Below the pieces are notes generated by a model. That model saw nothing but the letters and a program-made list of their open reading frames with translations. It made no database searches and was not told where the DNA came from. A program made the translations under genes and the position numbers. From NCBI GenBank assembly GCA_963717145.1, contig OY970325.1, positions 1,120,001-1,184,000 on the forward strand: 64,000 nucleotides of DNA. Direction: 5' to 3'. Every line of letters begins with the position of its first letter. Positions within the stretch are counted from its first letter, which is position 1. Positions 47,988-58,074 of this stretch are shown one piece after another. The stretch comes from an uncultured Armatimonadetes bacterium. Lineage in GTDB: Bacteria > Armatimonadota > UBA5829 > DTJY01.

Positions 47988-49398
47988 CTAGAGCTTCTTC
48001 TGCCCGCGCTGAGTCTGAAGCTCCTTTGCCTGGAGCGCCTGGGCGGCCTTCGGCGAGCCGATGTGCAGCGTGTCGTACGCCTGCTGCGACGACTCGAACG
48101 GCGCGCCGTGACCGTGCCAGTTGAGGTTCGTGTAGATCGGGTTCGTGCGGCCCGTTTCCTTCTCGCGCTTCGCGATCCAGGCCTGCATCCGCGCCTCGAG
48201 CATCGCGACGACCTCGGGCTCCTTGTCAGCTATGTTGTCAGTTCTCGCCCGGATCTCGATCAGGTTGTACAGCTCGACCTCCGGCTTGAAGTGGAAGTCG
48301 GGCTCCAGCGCGTGGATCAGCTTCCACTCCGGCGTGCGCCAGCCGTGCTTGCGCATCCAGGTGCACTCGGTGATGTAGAACTCCGGCTCGGGAACTCGGC
48401 ACTTGCCCTGCATCAGCGGCACGAGGCTGCGGCCGTCGAACTTGATCTTCGTCTTGACGCCCAGCAGGTCGAGGATCGTCGGCATGATGTCCTTCATCTG
48501 GACGATGTCGCAGAACCGCTCGCCGGCCGGCACCTTGCCGGGCTAGACGGAAGACCAGCGGGATGTGCAGCGTGCGGTCGTAGATGCCGTGATGGTCGAA
48601 CCAGCACTCGTGGTCGTAGAGCGTCTCGCCGTGGTCGGAGTCGATGACGATCAGCGTCTCCTCCTCGATCCCCAGCGACTCCACCGTGGCGAAGATGTTG
48701 GCGATGCAGGCATCCATGTAGGCCACCGCGCCGTCGTACTGCGCGATGATGTAGTCCTTGTCCTTGCAGCGCGGCGGGAACCAGCTCGCGAAGTAGTCGC
48801 AGAACGGCTTGAACGCCATCACGGCATCGAGCGAGCTGGTTATTCGGGTCGAACTCGTCGCCATCATAGAACATCCGCTCGAACGGCTGCGGCGGCAGGT
48901 ACGGCGAGTGCGGGTCCATGTGCCGCAGGAACAGGAAGAACGGCTTGTCCTCGGCCGCAAGCGTCTTCAGCTCGGGGATGGCGACCGTCGTTGAGGTTCT
49001 CGCCTTGGGGCTGCGGCCCTCCTCCCACGATCCCCAGCCCGAGAAGTCGAGGTACTTCTGGAACCCGCGCGAGCCGGCATTGCCGCTGAAGCCGACGCAG
49101 GTCGTGTTGTAGCCGTCCTCGCCGAGGATCTCCGCCAGCGTCTTCACGTGGCCGCCGAGCGGGCCCTCATGCCGCAAGCGCCACGACATCCGTGCCGAAG
49201 CAGTCCATGCCCGGTGAACATGGAGGTGTACCCCGGCGTCGTGGGGATGGACGGGCTGAAGCATTGCTCGAACGTCGCTCCCTGGGCCGCGAACTTGTCC
49301 ATGTGCGGCGTGGTGAGTCGCGGGTAGCCGTAGAGGCTCATGTGGTCCGCCCGCAGGCTGTCGATGCCAAACAATATCAGATTCGGTCGCTTTTTCAT
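47988..49398 (-). CDS. Sulfatase-like alkaline-phosphatase superfamily enzyme with several frameshifts
   Basis: PNLILFGIDSLRADH, TPHMD, DPHSPY, YDGAVAYMD, SDHGE, FDHHG and ELYNL lie across frames. Confidence 0.85.
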
Positions 49399-49431
49399 CT
49401 CAACTCCAGCAGATTAGTCTACCATACCGCG

Positions 49432-49506
49432 GGATGTCATTCTGAGCGGAGCGAAGAATCCGGCCGGTGCGGTGACCGATTCCTCCCTCCGCTCAGAATG
49501 ACATCC
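49432..49506. repeat. TGTCATTCTGAGCG-type palindromic element (copy 2)
   Basis: GGATGTCATTCTGAGCGGAG...CTCCGCTCAGAATGACATCC. Confidence 0.9.
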
Positions 49507-49543
49507 TCAGGACTCTGTTCTACTCCGATTCCGCAAAACCTTC

Positions 49544-52012
49544 CTACAATGGCCGTTCGAGAAGATCAGTTTCCTTCATGCTGCCCCTGGACGGGTCGAT
49601 CCTGAGCGTCTTGATCTCGAACGCGCCGAGTGACACCTCGAACGAGTGGTTCAGAATCGAGAGCGTCGTCGACCGCGGCTTGCCGGTCGGTTCGAAGAGG
49701 CGGACGATCAGTGACTGCCCATCCTCCGACTGCTTCACCGCCAACACCTGTGCAACATCATCACTCAGGGTGATGAACGGCTTCGGCTTCTCGCCGAACC
49801 CCGGCGGGAAGAACGAGAGCGGCATCGGCCTCTCATTGTGCACGAGCGCCTCGCGGTCGATCTTCTCCAGCCGGTCGTCTGTCGGACCGCCGTTGATCCG
49901 GAAGCGGTAGAGCCGCTCGCCCTGATCGATTCGGGGCATATAGCGGTCCTGTGGCACTACCGGCCGCTCGCCGATAGGATGCCCGGAGTATGCCGGCGAC
50001 CTCAGGAGCGTGAGCCTCAATCCATCGGGGGAGAAGTCCGAGCCGTAGACGCCATCGTTGATGCAGGTCAGCGCCTTCGATCCATCGATAACCGCCACCC
50101 ATTTCTGCGCCACCGCCTCGTCGCCGTTCGTCGGAAGCTCCCCTACCCCATATGCGACCTGGCCCAGATACCTGTCACCTGCGACTGGGATCGAGAGCTT
50201 CAGCAGGCGGTCCTTCTCATTCCAGTGCACGCGGGTTCGGACCTCGATCTCGGTTCCAACCTTCGGCAGAAGGTACTGCTGGCAAACGAACGACCGCCCG
50301 CACTCGAACACGGCCTCGACCGTCGTCCTCACCGGCCCGTCCTCGACAATGCGCACGGATGGGATGATGCCCTGAGTCACGCCTGAGAACCGCGTTCCGT
50401 CCTCAGGCGACATGAGCTTGAAGCGCCCGGCCTCAGTACGGAACCCTCGAACACTCATCGCCCAGGAGTCCTCGTCGTCCATCATCACGATCGGCTGGAA
50501 GGCGTTCGGCTTGATACTATCCACGCCGCCGACCGCGTACTTGTCGATCAGCCCGGTCTGCGTGTTGATGACAACCTTGATCTCCGGCGTCTTGAAGACG
50601 AATGGCTCATCGGAGGAGATCAGGGGCATCTTCGGACGTTCGGAGACGCGCTCCAACCGGCAGTCGAAGCGGTTCATCGTGCTCGGCTCGAGATCGGCGA
50701 GGAAGACGACGCGCTTCCGCCAGTCGAGGTTGACGTTGCTGTCTTCCTTGATGTTCTGGCTCGGCAGCGGCTTCCCGTGTTGGAAAACCGGCGTCAGGGT
50801 GAACGAATCGCTCCAGTTCTGGTCGTTGAGCATGAACTCGCACTCGATGGGCATAGTCACTCTGAACGGATGCGGATTGTAGACGAGTATCGGGATCTCC
50901 TCCGCGCTCCCGGTCGATTCGCCGGCGGAGAGTGCGAAGAACGCCCTCGCCTTGATCCGCGACAGTATCTCCAGCCCATGATCGAGCATCCTCAAAGCCG
51001 CCTCCTCGACATTCTGGATCGAGGACCCGGGCAGGATGTCGTGGAACTCGCACGTCGCGAGGTCATACATCGCCGCATGGAAGTCATCGGTCGGATACTG
51101 CATCAATCCCTGCCAGGATGCCGCCGAGACCATCTTCTCAACGGCATAAAGCTCGTTCTCCAGGAGGCGGTGCTTCTGCTTGATGCGGTTCTGCGACGTG
51201 TAGCATCCCACAGCCCACGGGTTCAGATCGCGCATGACTCGCGGGAGCGTATCCCTCATCTTCGCCAGTTCCGCGAAGTAGGCCTCTGGGGTCGAGTGCA
51301 CGATCTCGAAGTCGTCTCGCTCGCGGATCAGGTCGTTCAGGTCCTGCACGTCCTTCAGGCTTGGGCCGCCACCGTGATCGCCGACTCCCCACGCGATGAG
51401 TCCGACCGCCTTCCCGACGCATCCCTGGAGCCGACCCTCGATCTTGGCCCGAGCCGCACCGAGGCCGGAGTTGTAGTCAGGCGTGCGGTGGCACATGATC
51501 TCCGAGCCGTCGTAGCCGACCCAGACGAAATCGTCGGAGGGAAGCGCAATCCAGTCCTGCGACGGGCGGCAGAAGAGGTACGAGTCATACCCGCTCTTCG
51601 CCAGGATCTGAACGAGCCCCCGGGTGTGGCCGAATGGGTCGAAGTTGATGGCGGTCGTCGGCTCGACTCCGAACTTCTCGCGGAAGTAGGTCTTCCCGAT
51701 GAGCGCCTGCCGTACGAACGACTCGCCGCTGGGCATATTGCAGTCCGGCTGAACGTGCCAGCCACCCATGATGTGCCACTTGCCCGTCTGCACGAGGCGT
51801 TTGATCCGCTCGAACAGGGCCGGCTCGTATTCCTCGATCCACTGGTAGAGGAGCGACTCGTTGTGGTTGAAGACGAAGCCGTCGAACTGCTCGCAGAGGT
51901 CGGCGGCGGTGCGGAAGGTCGAGACGGTCGCCGCCGCGCCCTCCTCCCACTCCCAGAGCCACATGGGATCGAGGTGGGCGTTCGATATCAGATGGATGGT
52001 TGGCTTGGTCAA
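49544..52012 (-). CDS. GH38 alpha-mannosidase
   Basis: NAHLDPMWLW, PDCNMPSGES, DPFGH, GVGDHGGGP, GCYTSQ and FHDILPGS. Confidence 0.92.
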   Translation of the reverse strand: MTKPTIHLISNAHLDPMWLWEWEEGAAATVSTFRTAADLCEQFDGFVFNHNESLLYQWIEEYEPALFERIKRLVQTGKWHIMGGWHVQPDCNMPSGESFVRQALIGKTYFREKFGVEPTTAINFDPFGHTRGLVQILAKSGYDSYLFCRPSQDWIALPSDDFVWVGYDGSEIMCHRTPDYNSGLGAARAKIEGRLQGCVGKAVGLIAWGVGDHGGGPSLKDVQDLNDLIRERDDFEIVHSTPEAYFAELAKMRDTLPRVMRDLNPWAVGCYTSQNRIKQKHRLLENELYAVEKMVSAASWQGLMQYPTDDFHAAMYDLATCEFHDILPGSSIQNVEEAALRMLDHGLEILSRIKARAFFALSAGESTGSAEEIPILVYNPHPFRVTMPIECEFMLNDQNWSDSFTLTPVFQHGKPLPSQNIKEDSNVNLDWRKRVVFLADLEPSTMNRFDCRLERVSERPKMPLISSDEPFVFKTPEIKVVINTQTGLIDKYAVGGVDSIKPNAFQPIVMMDDEDSWAMSVRGFRTEAGRFKLMSPEDGTRFSGVTQGIIPSVRIVEDGPVRTTVEAVFECGRSFVCQQYLLPKVGTEIEVRTRVHWNEKDRLLKLSIPVAGDRYLGQVAYGVGELPTNGDEAVAQKWVAVIDGSKALTCINDGVYGSDFSPDGLRLTLLRSPAYSGHPIGERPVVPQDRYMPRIDQGERLYRFRINGGPTDDRLEKIDREALVHNERPMPLSFFPPGFGEKPKPFITLSDDVAQVLAVKQSEDGQSLIVRLFEPTGKPRSTTLSILNHSFEVSLGAFEIKTLRIDPSRGSMKETDLLERPL

Positions 52013-52092
52013 GGGAATGCCTTTCTTAGCTGAGTGTTGAGAGTCAAGACCAGCGGAGAAACGGGTTCTCGCAGCCTGTCATGGGCTTCTTC

Positions 52093-52635
52093 TCACTCGG
52101 TTCGGACCGCCGGTTCCGGGTACTCCTCAGCCCCGGAGTAGCTGAGGGATTTGCCGTAGAAACAAGGAATCAGTTCCTTGGGAGTCTCTTTCAGCTTCTG
52201 CAACCGTGGGATAGCATAAACCTTCTGTTGAGCGGGGTAACACACGTGCCTCGTGCCCCTCTTGTCCGTATCCAGAATGAGCACTCGTCCGTCTGGACCT
52301 TTGACAAGGATGTGCCGGAAGTTCACATCGTCGGAGTTGTAGGTGATATCGATGCCGCCATTAGCCGGCACCTCGATCCCGTAGTCGATTCGATCGAGGA
52401 TGGGCATTCTCTCGTCATCAGACCTCGGAAGCGGCATATAGGCGAGCGTGGTCTCACGAACTCCAATCGGCGTAATGGTGACATTGACCCCACTCAGATT
52501 CTTCACACGGAATGTGGTGAGGAACATGGCTTGCATGGGGTTGAAGTGGACCGTGGCCACCTGCAGCAGACCCCAGAACACGACCGCCAAGACCAGACAC
52601 ACTCCACAGCCTATCAGCCAGGTACGTTTGTTCAT
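52093..52635 (-). CDS. Hypothetical exported or membrane-anchored protein
   Basis: N-terminal hydrophobic segment; co-oriented within the operon. Confidence 0.6.
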   Translation of the reverse strand: MNKRTWLIGCGVCLVLAVVFWGLLQVATVHFNPMQAMFLTTFRVKNLSGVNVTITPIGVRETTLAYMPLPRSDDERMPILDRIDYGIEVPANGGIDITYNSDDVNFRHILVKGPDGRVLILDTDKRGTRHVCYPAQQKVYAIPRLQKLKETPKELIPCFYGKSLSYSGAEEYPEPAVRTE

Positions 52636-52685
52636 TGGATTCCCCTCGCAGTCTCGCACGCCTAGATCCTCACCCAGACGGTGAC

Positions 52686-53723
52686 CTAGAGCCCCAGCGA
52701 CTTCCTCAACCGATCGAGCGCCTTGGTGTACTCCGCCGGGATCAAGCCATGCTTGTTCGGCGGCACATTGAGCAGGAAGTTCGCGCCCCCTGCCTTGACC
52801 CCCTCTGCCAGTGCAACCAAATCCGCGTCCGGTTGAGTGGTGTCGTCGCCCTCATGGAACCAGGAGTGGCCGACGTAGTGGCAGACCTCGCCCGGGATGT
52901 AGTACTCCTTACTCTCGATCGTCCGCCACTTTTGATGACCTCCCTCGGGCGGAAGCCTCAGTTCCATCGCGATGAGGTCGGACGGCCAGGCGTAGTTGAT
53001 GTTGTAGTCCTTCTGGTCGCCGATGCCCGAGTTCATCATGATCACCGTCTCGGGCTGCAGCTCGGCGATGTGATGGTAGAGAAACGTCCGGTATCCCCGC
53101 CCGAGGAGTCCGGGGATGTCGATCCAGATCTCCGCGATCGGGCCGTATCTCGTGAGAAGCTCGGTGATCTGAGCGGTCACGTAGTCATGGTAGAGCGAGG
53201 TGGTGAAAGGCTTCCCGGGAAGACCCGAGCCCCACATGTTACTCCCAAACTTCGTGTGATTGTCCCACGAGCAGTAATACAGGCCCGGCTTGATGCCGCG
53301 CGTGTCGCACGATTTGACGAACGCGCCCACGACGTCGGTCTTATCCCCGCTGTTCGCCACAGTGTAGTCCGTCTGATCGCTCGGCCAGAGACAGTGCCCG
53401 GCGACGTGCTTGGCGGTGAGTACCGCGTACTTCATCCCGACGTCACGGGCGACCGACATCCATTGGTCCGTGTTCAGGCGGTCGGGAGCATAGGCGGTTG
53501 GCGGCGCGGTCCCGTCGGGCTTCTCAGCGCCGAGGAACGTGCTCATGCCGTAGTGGATGAACATGCCGTATTCGAGCGCCTCCCACTTCTGCAACTGCTC
53601 GATGCTGAGCCTCTGCGCGCCTCTCTTGCCCTTCGCCTCTGCCTTAGTCATCCGGCTCTCTCCTATGCTCACACCGGCAGCAACGGCCAGCGCCCCCTTC
53701 AATACCGATCGTCTCGTGACCAT
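52686..53723 (-). CDS. GH29 alpha-L-fucosidase with Tat signal
   Basis: TRRSVLK, YGMFIHYG, TAKHVAGHCLW, GLYY, EIWID and FLLNVPP. Confidence 0.9.
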   Translation of the reverse strand: MVTRRSVLKGALAVAAGVSIGESRMTKAEAKGKRGAQRLSIEQLQKWEALEYGMFIHYGMSTFLGAEKPDGTAPPTAYAPDRLNTDQWMSVARDVGMKYAVLTAKHVAGHCLWPSDQTDYTVANSGDKTDVVGAFVKSCDTRGIKPGLYYCSWDNHTKFGSNMWGSGLPGKPFTTSLYHDYVTAQITELLTRYGPIAEIWIDIPGLLGRGYRTFLYHHIAELQPETVIMMNSGIGDQKDYNINYAWPSDLIAMELRLPPEGGHQKWRTIESKEYYIPGEVCHYVGHSWFHEGDDTTQPDADLVALAEGVKAGGANFLLNVPPNKHGLIPAEYTKALDRLRKSLGL

Positions 53724-53744
53724 ATCATCCTCCACTGCGGGCGG

Positions 53745-54794
53745 CTACAACTCAACCTTCGCGCACTTGCGCACAGATTCATAGCACGCCAACACGAGCC
53801 TCAGCACATCTCGCCCCTCTTCGGCAGTTGCGATTGGCGGACGGTTCCCATGCAGGAAATCCGCGAGCGGCTCGGAGAGGCCGGCGATGCGCTCGCCCTG
53901 ACCGTTGATCTCGGGCAGATCGCTCACATGCCACTCGGGCTCGTGTTCCATGATCCACTTGAGCTGAGGCGCGCCCGCCGGGCGGCGGTGGTTGCTCGGT
54001 CCGTCGCCGTAGTTGCCGACGATCACCCCATGCTCGCAGACGATCTCCAGCGTGTTCTCGCCCCCAACAGCGACGAACGAGCACGAGACCTCCGCCATCG
54101 TGCCGTCGGGGTAGCGGAAAAGGACGATGGCGTTGTCGTTCGGGACCTTTGGGTTGAGGAGCGTGCCCAACTCGGCGTAGACCGTGGAGGGCATGCCGAG
54201 CAGCCAGTAGATGAAGTCTATGGCGTGGGCGGCGTCGTCGGCGAAGATGTCGCGATTGAGTTCAGGCTTGACGTGCCAGAGCTGCTCGAAGTTCGCCATG
54301 TGCTGGGTCGCGAGGCAGTGCCGCCGACGCGCCTGGAAGACGCGCCCGAACGCGCCCGATTCGAGCATCGATTTCGCCTGGAGGTTGTACCGCTCGACGC
54401 GCATCTGCCAGGCCATTGTGAATGGAACGCCTGACTTCTTGACGGCAGCGACGATCCGGTCCGCCTCGTCCATCTCCAGGGCGAGCGGCTTCTGGACGAC
54501 GATCGCCTTCCCCGCCGACGCCGCCTTCTCCACCAGATCCGCGTGCATCGAGGTCTCAGCCGCGATCACGACCGCCTGGATGTCATCGCTTCCGAGGAGC
54601 GCCTCGACGGAATCCATCCGCTCGCACCCGAAGTTCCCGCAGTTCCCCTCCGCCCGCGCCGCATCATGATCCCACCCGGCGACAACCTTGATGCCAAGCT
54701 CCGGGCACCCGTTCCACTGGCTGCAGTACATCCCAACGTGCCCATGTGCGAATCCAAGTATCCCGACGCCAACTTCGTTCCCGGTCCCACTCAT
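53745..54794 (-). CDS. Gfo/Idh/MocA oxidoreductase
   Basis: GILGFAHGH, VVQKPLA and DDAAHAID. Confidence 0.88.
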   Translation of the reverse strand: MSGTGNEVGVGILGFAHGHVGMYCSQWNGCPELGIKVVAGWDHDAARAEGNCGNFGCERMDSVEALLGSDDIQAVVIAAETSMHADLVEKAASAGKAIVVQKPLALEMDEADRIVAAVKKSGVPFTMAWQMRVERYNLQAKSMLESGAFGRVFQARRRHCLATQHMANFEQLWHVKPELNRDIFADDAAHAIDFIYWLLGMPSTVYAELGTLLNPKVPNDNAIVLFRYPDGTMAEVSCSFVAVGGENTLEIVCEHGVIVGNYGDGPSNHRRPAGAPQLKWIMEHEPEWHVSDLPEINGQGERIAGLSEPLADFLHGNRPPIATAEEGRDVLRLVLACYESVRKCAKVEL

Positions 54795-54901
54795 ACTCGT
54801 TCTCCTACTCCTACTCGAGAGATGATCGTCCGCGATCCCAAACCAGGGTTAGCAGTTATCCGCTGCTTCAGAAGTCTCCTGCGCGAGTTCCGGCACACAT
54901 G

Positions 54902-54933
54902 AAAAAGGCGTCCGATGCAATGCATCGGACGCC
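54902..54933 (-). terminator. Terminator of the RRM gene
   Basis: On the minus strand, AGGCGTCCGATGCA-T-TGCATCGGACGCCT followed by a T-run. Confidence 0.85.
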
Positions 54934-54952
54934 TGATGTTACGAACTGTAAC

Positions 54953-55270
54953 TTAGTAGCTTCGACGACCACCGCCGCCGCCGCCACCATAGCCGCCACC
55001 GCCGCCGTAGCCGCCGCCACCGCCGCCACTACTGCGCTCAGGGCGAGGTCTTGCCTCGTTGACTGTGAGAGTTCGACCGCCGACCTCTTTGCCGTTTGTG
55101 GCTTCGATCGCAGCCTGCATGTTCTCCGCCGGGATCTCGACGAATGCGAAACCCTTGTCGCCGATGACTCTGACTTCGGCCACGGGACCGTGCGGCTCGA
55201 ACATGGTGCGCAGGTCGTTCTCGGTCGTGCTGTAGGACATATTACCTACGTAGAGTGATTTGGTTGCCAT
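54953..55270 (-). CDS. RRM-family RNA-binding protein with Gly-rich tail
   Basis: RNP2 LYVGNM, RNP1 KGFAFVEI, GRTLTVNEARP and GGGY repeats. Confidence 0.95.
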   Translation of the reverse strand: MATKSLYVGNMSYSTTENDLRTMFEPHGPVAEVRVIGDKGFAFVEIPAENMQAAIEATNGKEVGGRTLTVNEARPRPERSSGGGGGGYGGGGGYGGGGGGGRRSY

Positions 55271-55424
55271 ACTGATTGTCTTCCTTCTGGGGCTTTTCCC
55301 CCACGATAGTCAACAGGTCGCACGTGGCACTATCGCCATTGTCGGGGAATTCGAAGGTCGCAGAAGTTGAAGCAATCTACGGGGACGAAGACACCGGTGC
55401 TGATCGTTGATACCATACTCGTAC

Positions 55425-55453
55425 AGTATATTCCACATTCGCGCAAAATGCAA
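55425..55453 (-). promoter_or_regulatory. Sigma70-type promoter of the RRM gene (about 150-nt leader)
   Basis: TTGCAT-17 nt-TATACT on the minus strand. Confidence 0.55.
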
Positions 55454-55499
55454 CCTTTATTTTTCGAGGGTGTTCCATCAAGCAGGAACCTGCTCGAAA

Positions 55500-55691
55500 C
55501 TAGCCATCGTCATCGACTTCGAGCTTGGCGTCCATCTCCTCCTGGCGGTCCTTCTGGCGACGGTGTTTCCTGTGCTCGCCGTGCGCACCCGCTCCTGATC
55601 GTATCATTGCTTCTTTGGCAAGCTCCGAAGACGTGCTCTTCAGAACCTCGATCTGGGACGAGCGTTTGATCGTCAGCTTCTTCCTTCTCAT
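55500..55691 (-). CDS. Small basic hypothetical protein
   Basis: ATG just after the methyltransferase stop; reads MRRKKLTIKRSSQIE. Confidence 0.4.
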   Translation of the reverse strand: MRRKKLTIKRSSQIEVLKSTSSELAKEAMIRSGAGAHGEHRKHRRQKDRQEEMDAKLEVDDDG

Positions 55692-55696
55692 AGTCT

Positions 55697-56350
55697 CTAC
55701 CCGTTTTCGTATACCAACCAATGCTTCCCTGGAGATAGGCTCTCTTCCTCGCGGAAACGCAGATGACGAGACAAGACATACCTTGCAAAGGGCAAGGTCC
55801 AGAAGTGGGCATGGTAGGGCACGGATCCACGGCCATCAGGATCGTATGCGGCTTCCTTCTTTCCGGTCAACGCATCGAACTCCGCGAGACTGTACCCCTG
55901 CTGATGCCTCGCCAGGTGGTCGCCCATGCTCACGCAAAATAGGCCGCCGGAGGTGAGGATGGTCGTGAGCTGCCGAAGAATCCGATCGGTATCGTCGTAC
56001 GAGCATTCGACCAGGTTGTCAATCAGTAGCACGGCGTCGAAGGACTCCCGCGCGAATGGGAGAGCACAGTAGTCGCCTTGAACGAACCGCGCTGTGCTTC
56101 CTCCGGCATGGGCGACATCCCGCGCATATTCAAGCAACTTGCCCGCGCAGTCGATGCCGACCGAGAACGCGCCCAGTTCCTCTATGGCAAAGGTGTACCG
56201 TCCTGCCCCACATCCAAGGTCGAGCACGCGCATCCCGGGTCTGATCGCCCGCGTGAGCTGTGAGCGAATCCGCTCCAAGAGGTGACGCCTCTCCTGCCCG
56301 TGCTCCGGCTCTATGAGGTTGTAGAAACCACTGGCGATCCTGGTATCCAT
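55697..56350 (-). CDS. Class I SAM-dependent methyltransferase
   Basis: VLDLGCGAG and LPFARESFDAV. The start position is uncertain. Confidence 0.85.
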   Translation of the reverse strand: MDTRIASGFYNLIEPEHGQERRHLLERIRSQLTRAIRPGMRVLDLGCGAGRYTFAIEELGAFSVGIDCAGKLLEYARDVAHAGGSTARFVQGDYCALPFARESFDAVLLIDNLVECSYDDTDRILRQLTTILTSGGLFCVSMGDHLARHQQGYSLAEFDALTGKKEAAYDPDGRGSVPYHAHFWTLPFARYVLSRHLRFREEESLSPGKHWLVYENG

Positions 56351-56428
56351 GGGATGCACTGACCATGACAGATAGGCATCGAGCCGCCGAACTCCATATA
56401 GGCAGTCCCGCGGCCCGCCGCTCAACAC

Positions 56429-57229
56429 TCAGCGCGCGCCCAGTGCCTTCAGACACGCGTTCAAGTATCCGTAGGATTCGGCCGCGATGATCGAGACCTC
56501 GGGGAGGCCCATCTCCCCCGCCCCGATGACTTCGAGGCAGACCGGGCCGTCGTAGCCGCCTTCGACCATCACGCGACAGTAGGCCATCAGGTCGATGTCG
56601 CCTCGACCACACGCCTGCAGCGGCGGAGTGCCCGGAGACGGTCCGGGACCCTTGCAGTCGCGGATGTGGATGTGCTTCGTCCGCGAGAGAACGGGCCTCA
56701 GCGCATCAGCAGGGTTCTCACCCGCGCGGTAGATGTGGCTCGGGTCCATATCGACGCCGAACGCGGGCGACCTGATCTTCTCCATCGCGCGCAGGGTCGT
56801 CGGCGTGTTGTAGATCGAGCCGCCGACGTGCGCCTTGCAGCAGAGGGTGACGCCGAATGGCTCGGCCTTCGCCGCCATCTCGATCATCTTGTCCGTCTGG
56901 CGCACGAAATCTTCCTCGACATCGCTCTTCCCGCCGGGCCCGATGTTGACGACGGGGATCCCGATCTCCGCGCCCGCCTCGAACGCCTTCATCAGGCGGT
57001 CCTCGTCGAGCCCGGCTTCCTCCATCGAAAGGAAGGTCAGCTCGTTGTCCTGAACGATCTGCTTCAACTCGGACGCCTGCGCCTTCCAGTTGTCGAGATC
57101 GAGGTGCTCGCACATCCCCTTGATCGCGGATATCTCGACGCCGTCGTATCCGGCGGCCTTGATGTACTTACATGCGGTGGCAAAGTCGTAGCCACCGAAC
57201 AATACTGAATTCACTCCGAGTTTGATCAT
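56429..57229 (-). CDS. Sugar phosphate isomerase/epimerase (xylose-isomerase-like TIM barrel)
   Basis: MIKLGVNS with RBS GGAG, GYDGVEI, DPSH, HIHIRD and YDGPVCLEV. Confidence 0.88.
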   Translation of the reverse strand: MIKLGVNSVLFGGYDFATACKYIKAAGYDGVEISAIKGMCEHLDLDNWKAQASELKQIVQDNELTFLSMEEAGLDEDRLMKAFEAGAEIGIPVVNIGPGGKSDVEEDFVRQTDKMIEMAAKAEPFGVTLCCKAHVGGSIYNTPTTLRAMEKIRSPAFGVDMDPSHIYRAGENPADALRPVLSRTKHIHIRDCKGPGPSPGTPPLQACGRGDIDLMAYCRVMVEGGYDGPVCLEVIGAGEMGLPEVSIIAAESYGYLNACLKALGAR

Positions 57230-57331
57230 GTGTTTAACTCCCTTATAGCGACCGGCATACTTGCCGATGACGCCGCTCCTAATGAGCCCTGCATCATACT
57301 CAGGCCGCATTTCGTATTCGTCCATGGATTC

Positions 57332-57712
57332 TTAGCCTCCTGCGACTGTCTGAGGCTTCCGGCGCTGACTGCGGGGATGGGGACGACGGTAGACCACCTT
57401 ACCGCTCCGTACGATCTCGTGAATGAACGAGACAGGTCTCACGTTCTCAAGAACCGACGGGTGGAAACCCATGGCCTCGATCATTGGCTCGGTGTTCCAC
57501 TTGGCCTCTGAAAGGATGCCAGAGAACTCCGCATGGTCAGACGGCCCGAATGCTTCCGAGAACACAGCCAGGTCGACGTCCGAGTCCTCGTTTGCTTTAC
57601 CCTGGCCGTAAGAGCCATACAGTATGACTCGTTCGACAGGCACTCCCAAGCGCTCCAGTTCCTGAACGTACTGCCTCACTGCAGCGATCACTTCAGTCCT
57701 TGTCTTAGCCAT
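57332..57712 (-). CDS. Minimal nucleotidyltransferase (MNT) antitoxin
   Basis: LYGSYGQGKANEDSDVDLAV. Confidence 0.9.
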   Translation of the reverse strand: MAKTRTEVIAAVRQYVQELERLGVPVERVILYGSYGQGKANEDSDVDLAVFSEAFGPSDHAEFSGILSEAKWNTEPMIEAMGFHPSVLENVRPVSFIHEIVRSGKVVYRRPHPRSQRRKPQTVAGG

Positions 57713-58071
57713 TCTGTGAACCTGGCTGTCCTTTCATACACGCCGGCTGTCCATGGTGGGGTGAGGATATCCGCGATGGCACGGCGTCCATCCGGATATC
57801 GAGTCACTACGCCCATGTTGTCCAGTTCGTTAACGAGCGCGCGGTGCTCGTCCGGCAGTTCAATCCCTCCACGAGTTGCCAAAGCGATAAGGTTATGGAC
57901 TCTGGGGGGCTCGACGCCCTCTCGCTCCACGATCACCGCCTTCAAGAGCTTCTCGATGGTCAGATGGCACATAAAGACGACGAAATACAGCCGCCCGCTA
58001 TCGAGCATAGCCTTTGCGGATTCCAGGTCATATTCCGCGTCCTCTATCCACAGTAGCGTCTCAGGTCTCAT
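57688..58071 (-). CDS. HEPN domain protein
   Basis: WIEDAEYDLESA, FMCHLTIEKLLKA, PPRVHNL and TRYP. Confidence 0.9.
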   Translation of the reverse strand: MRPETLLWIEDAEYDLESAKAMLDSGRLYFVVFMCHLTIEKLLKAVIVEREGVEPPRVHNLIALATRGGIELPDEHRALVNELDNMGVVTRYPDGRRAIADILTPPWTAGVYERTARFTEWLRQGLK

Positions 58072-58074
58072 CGT

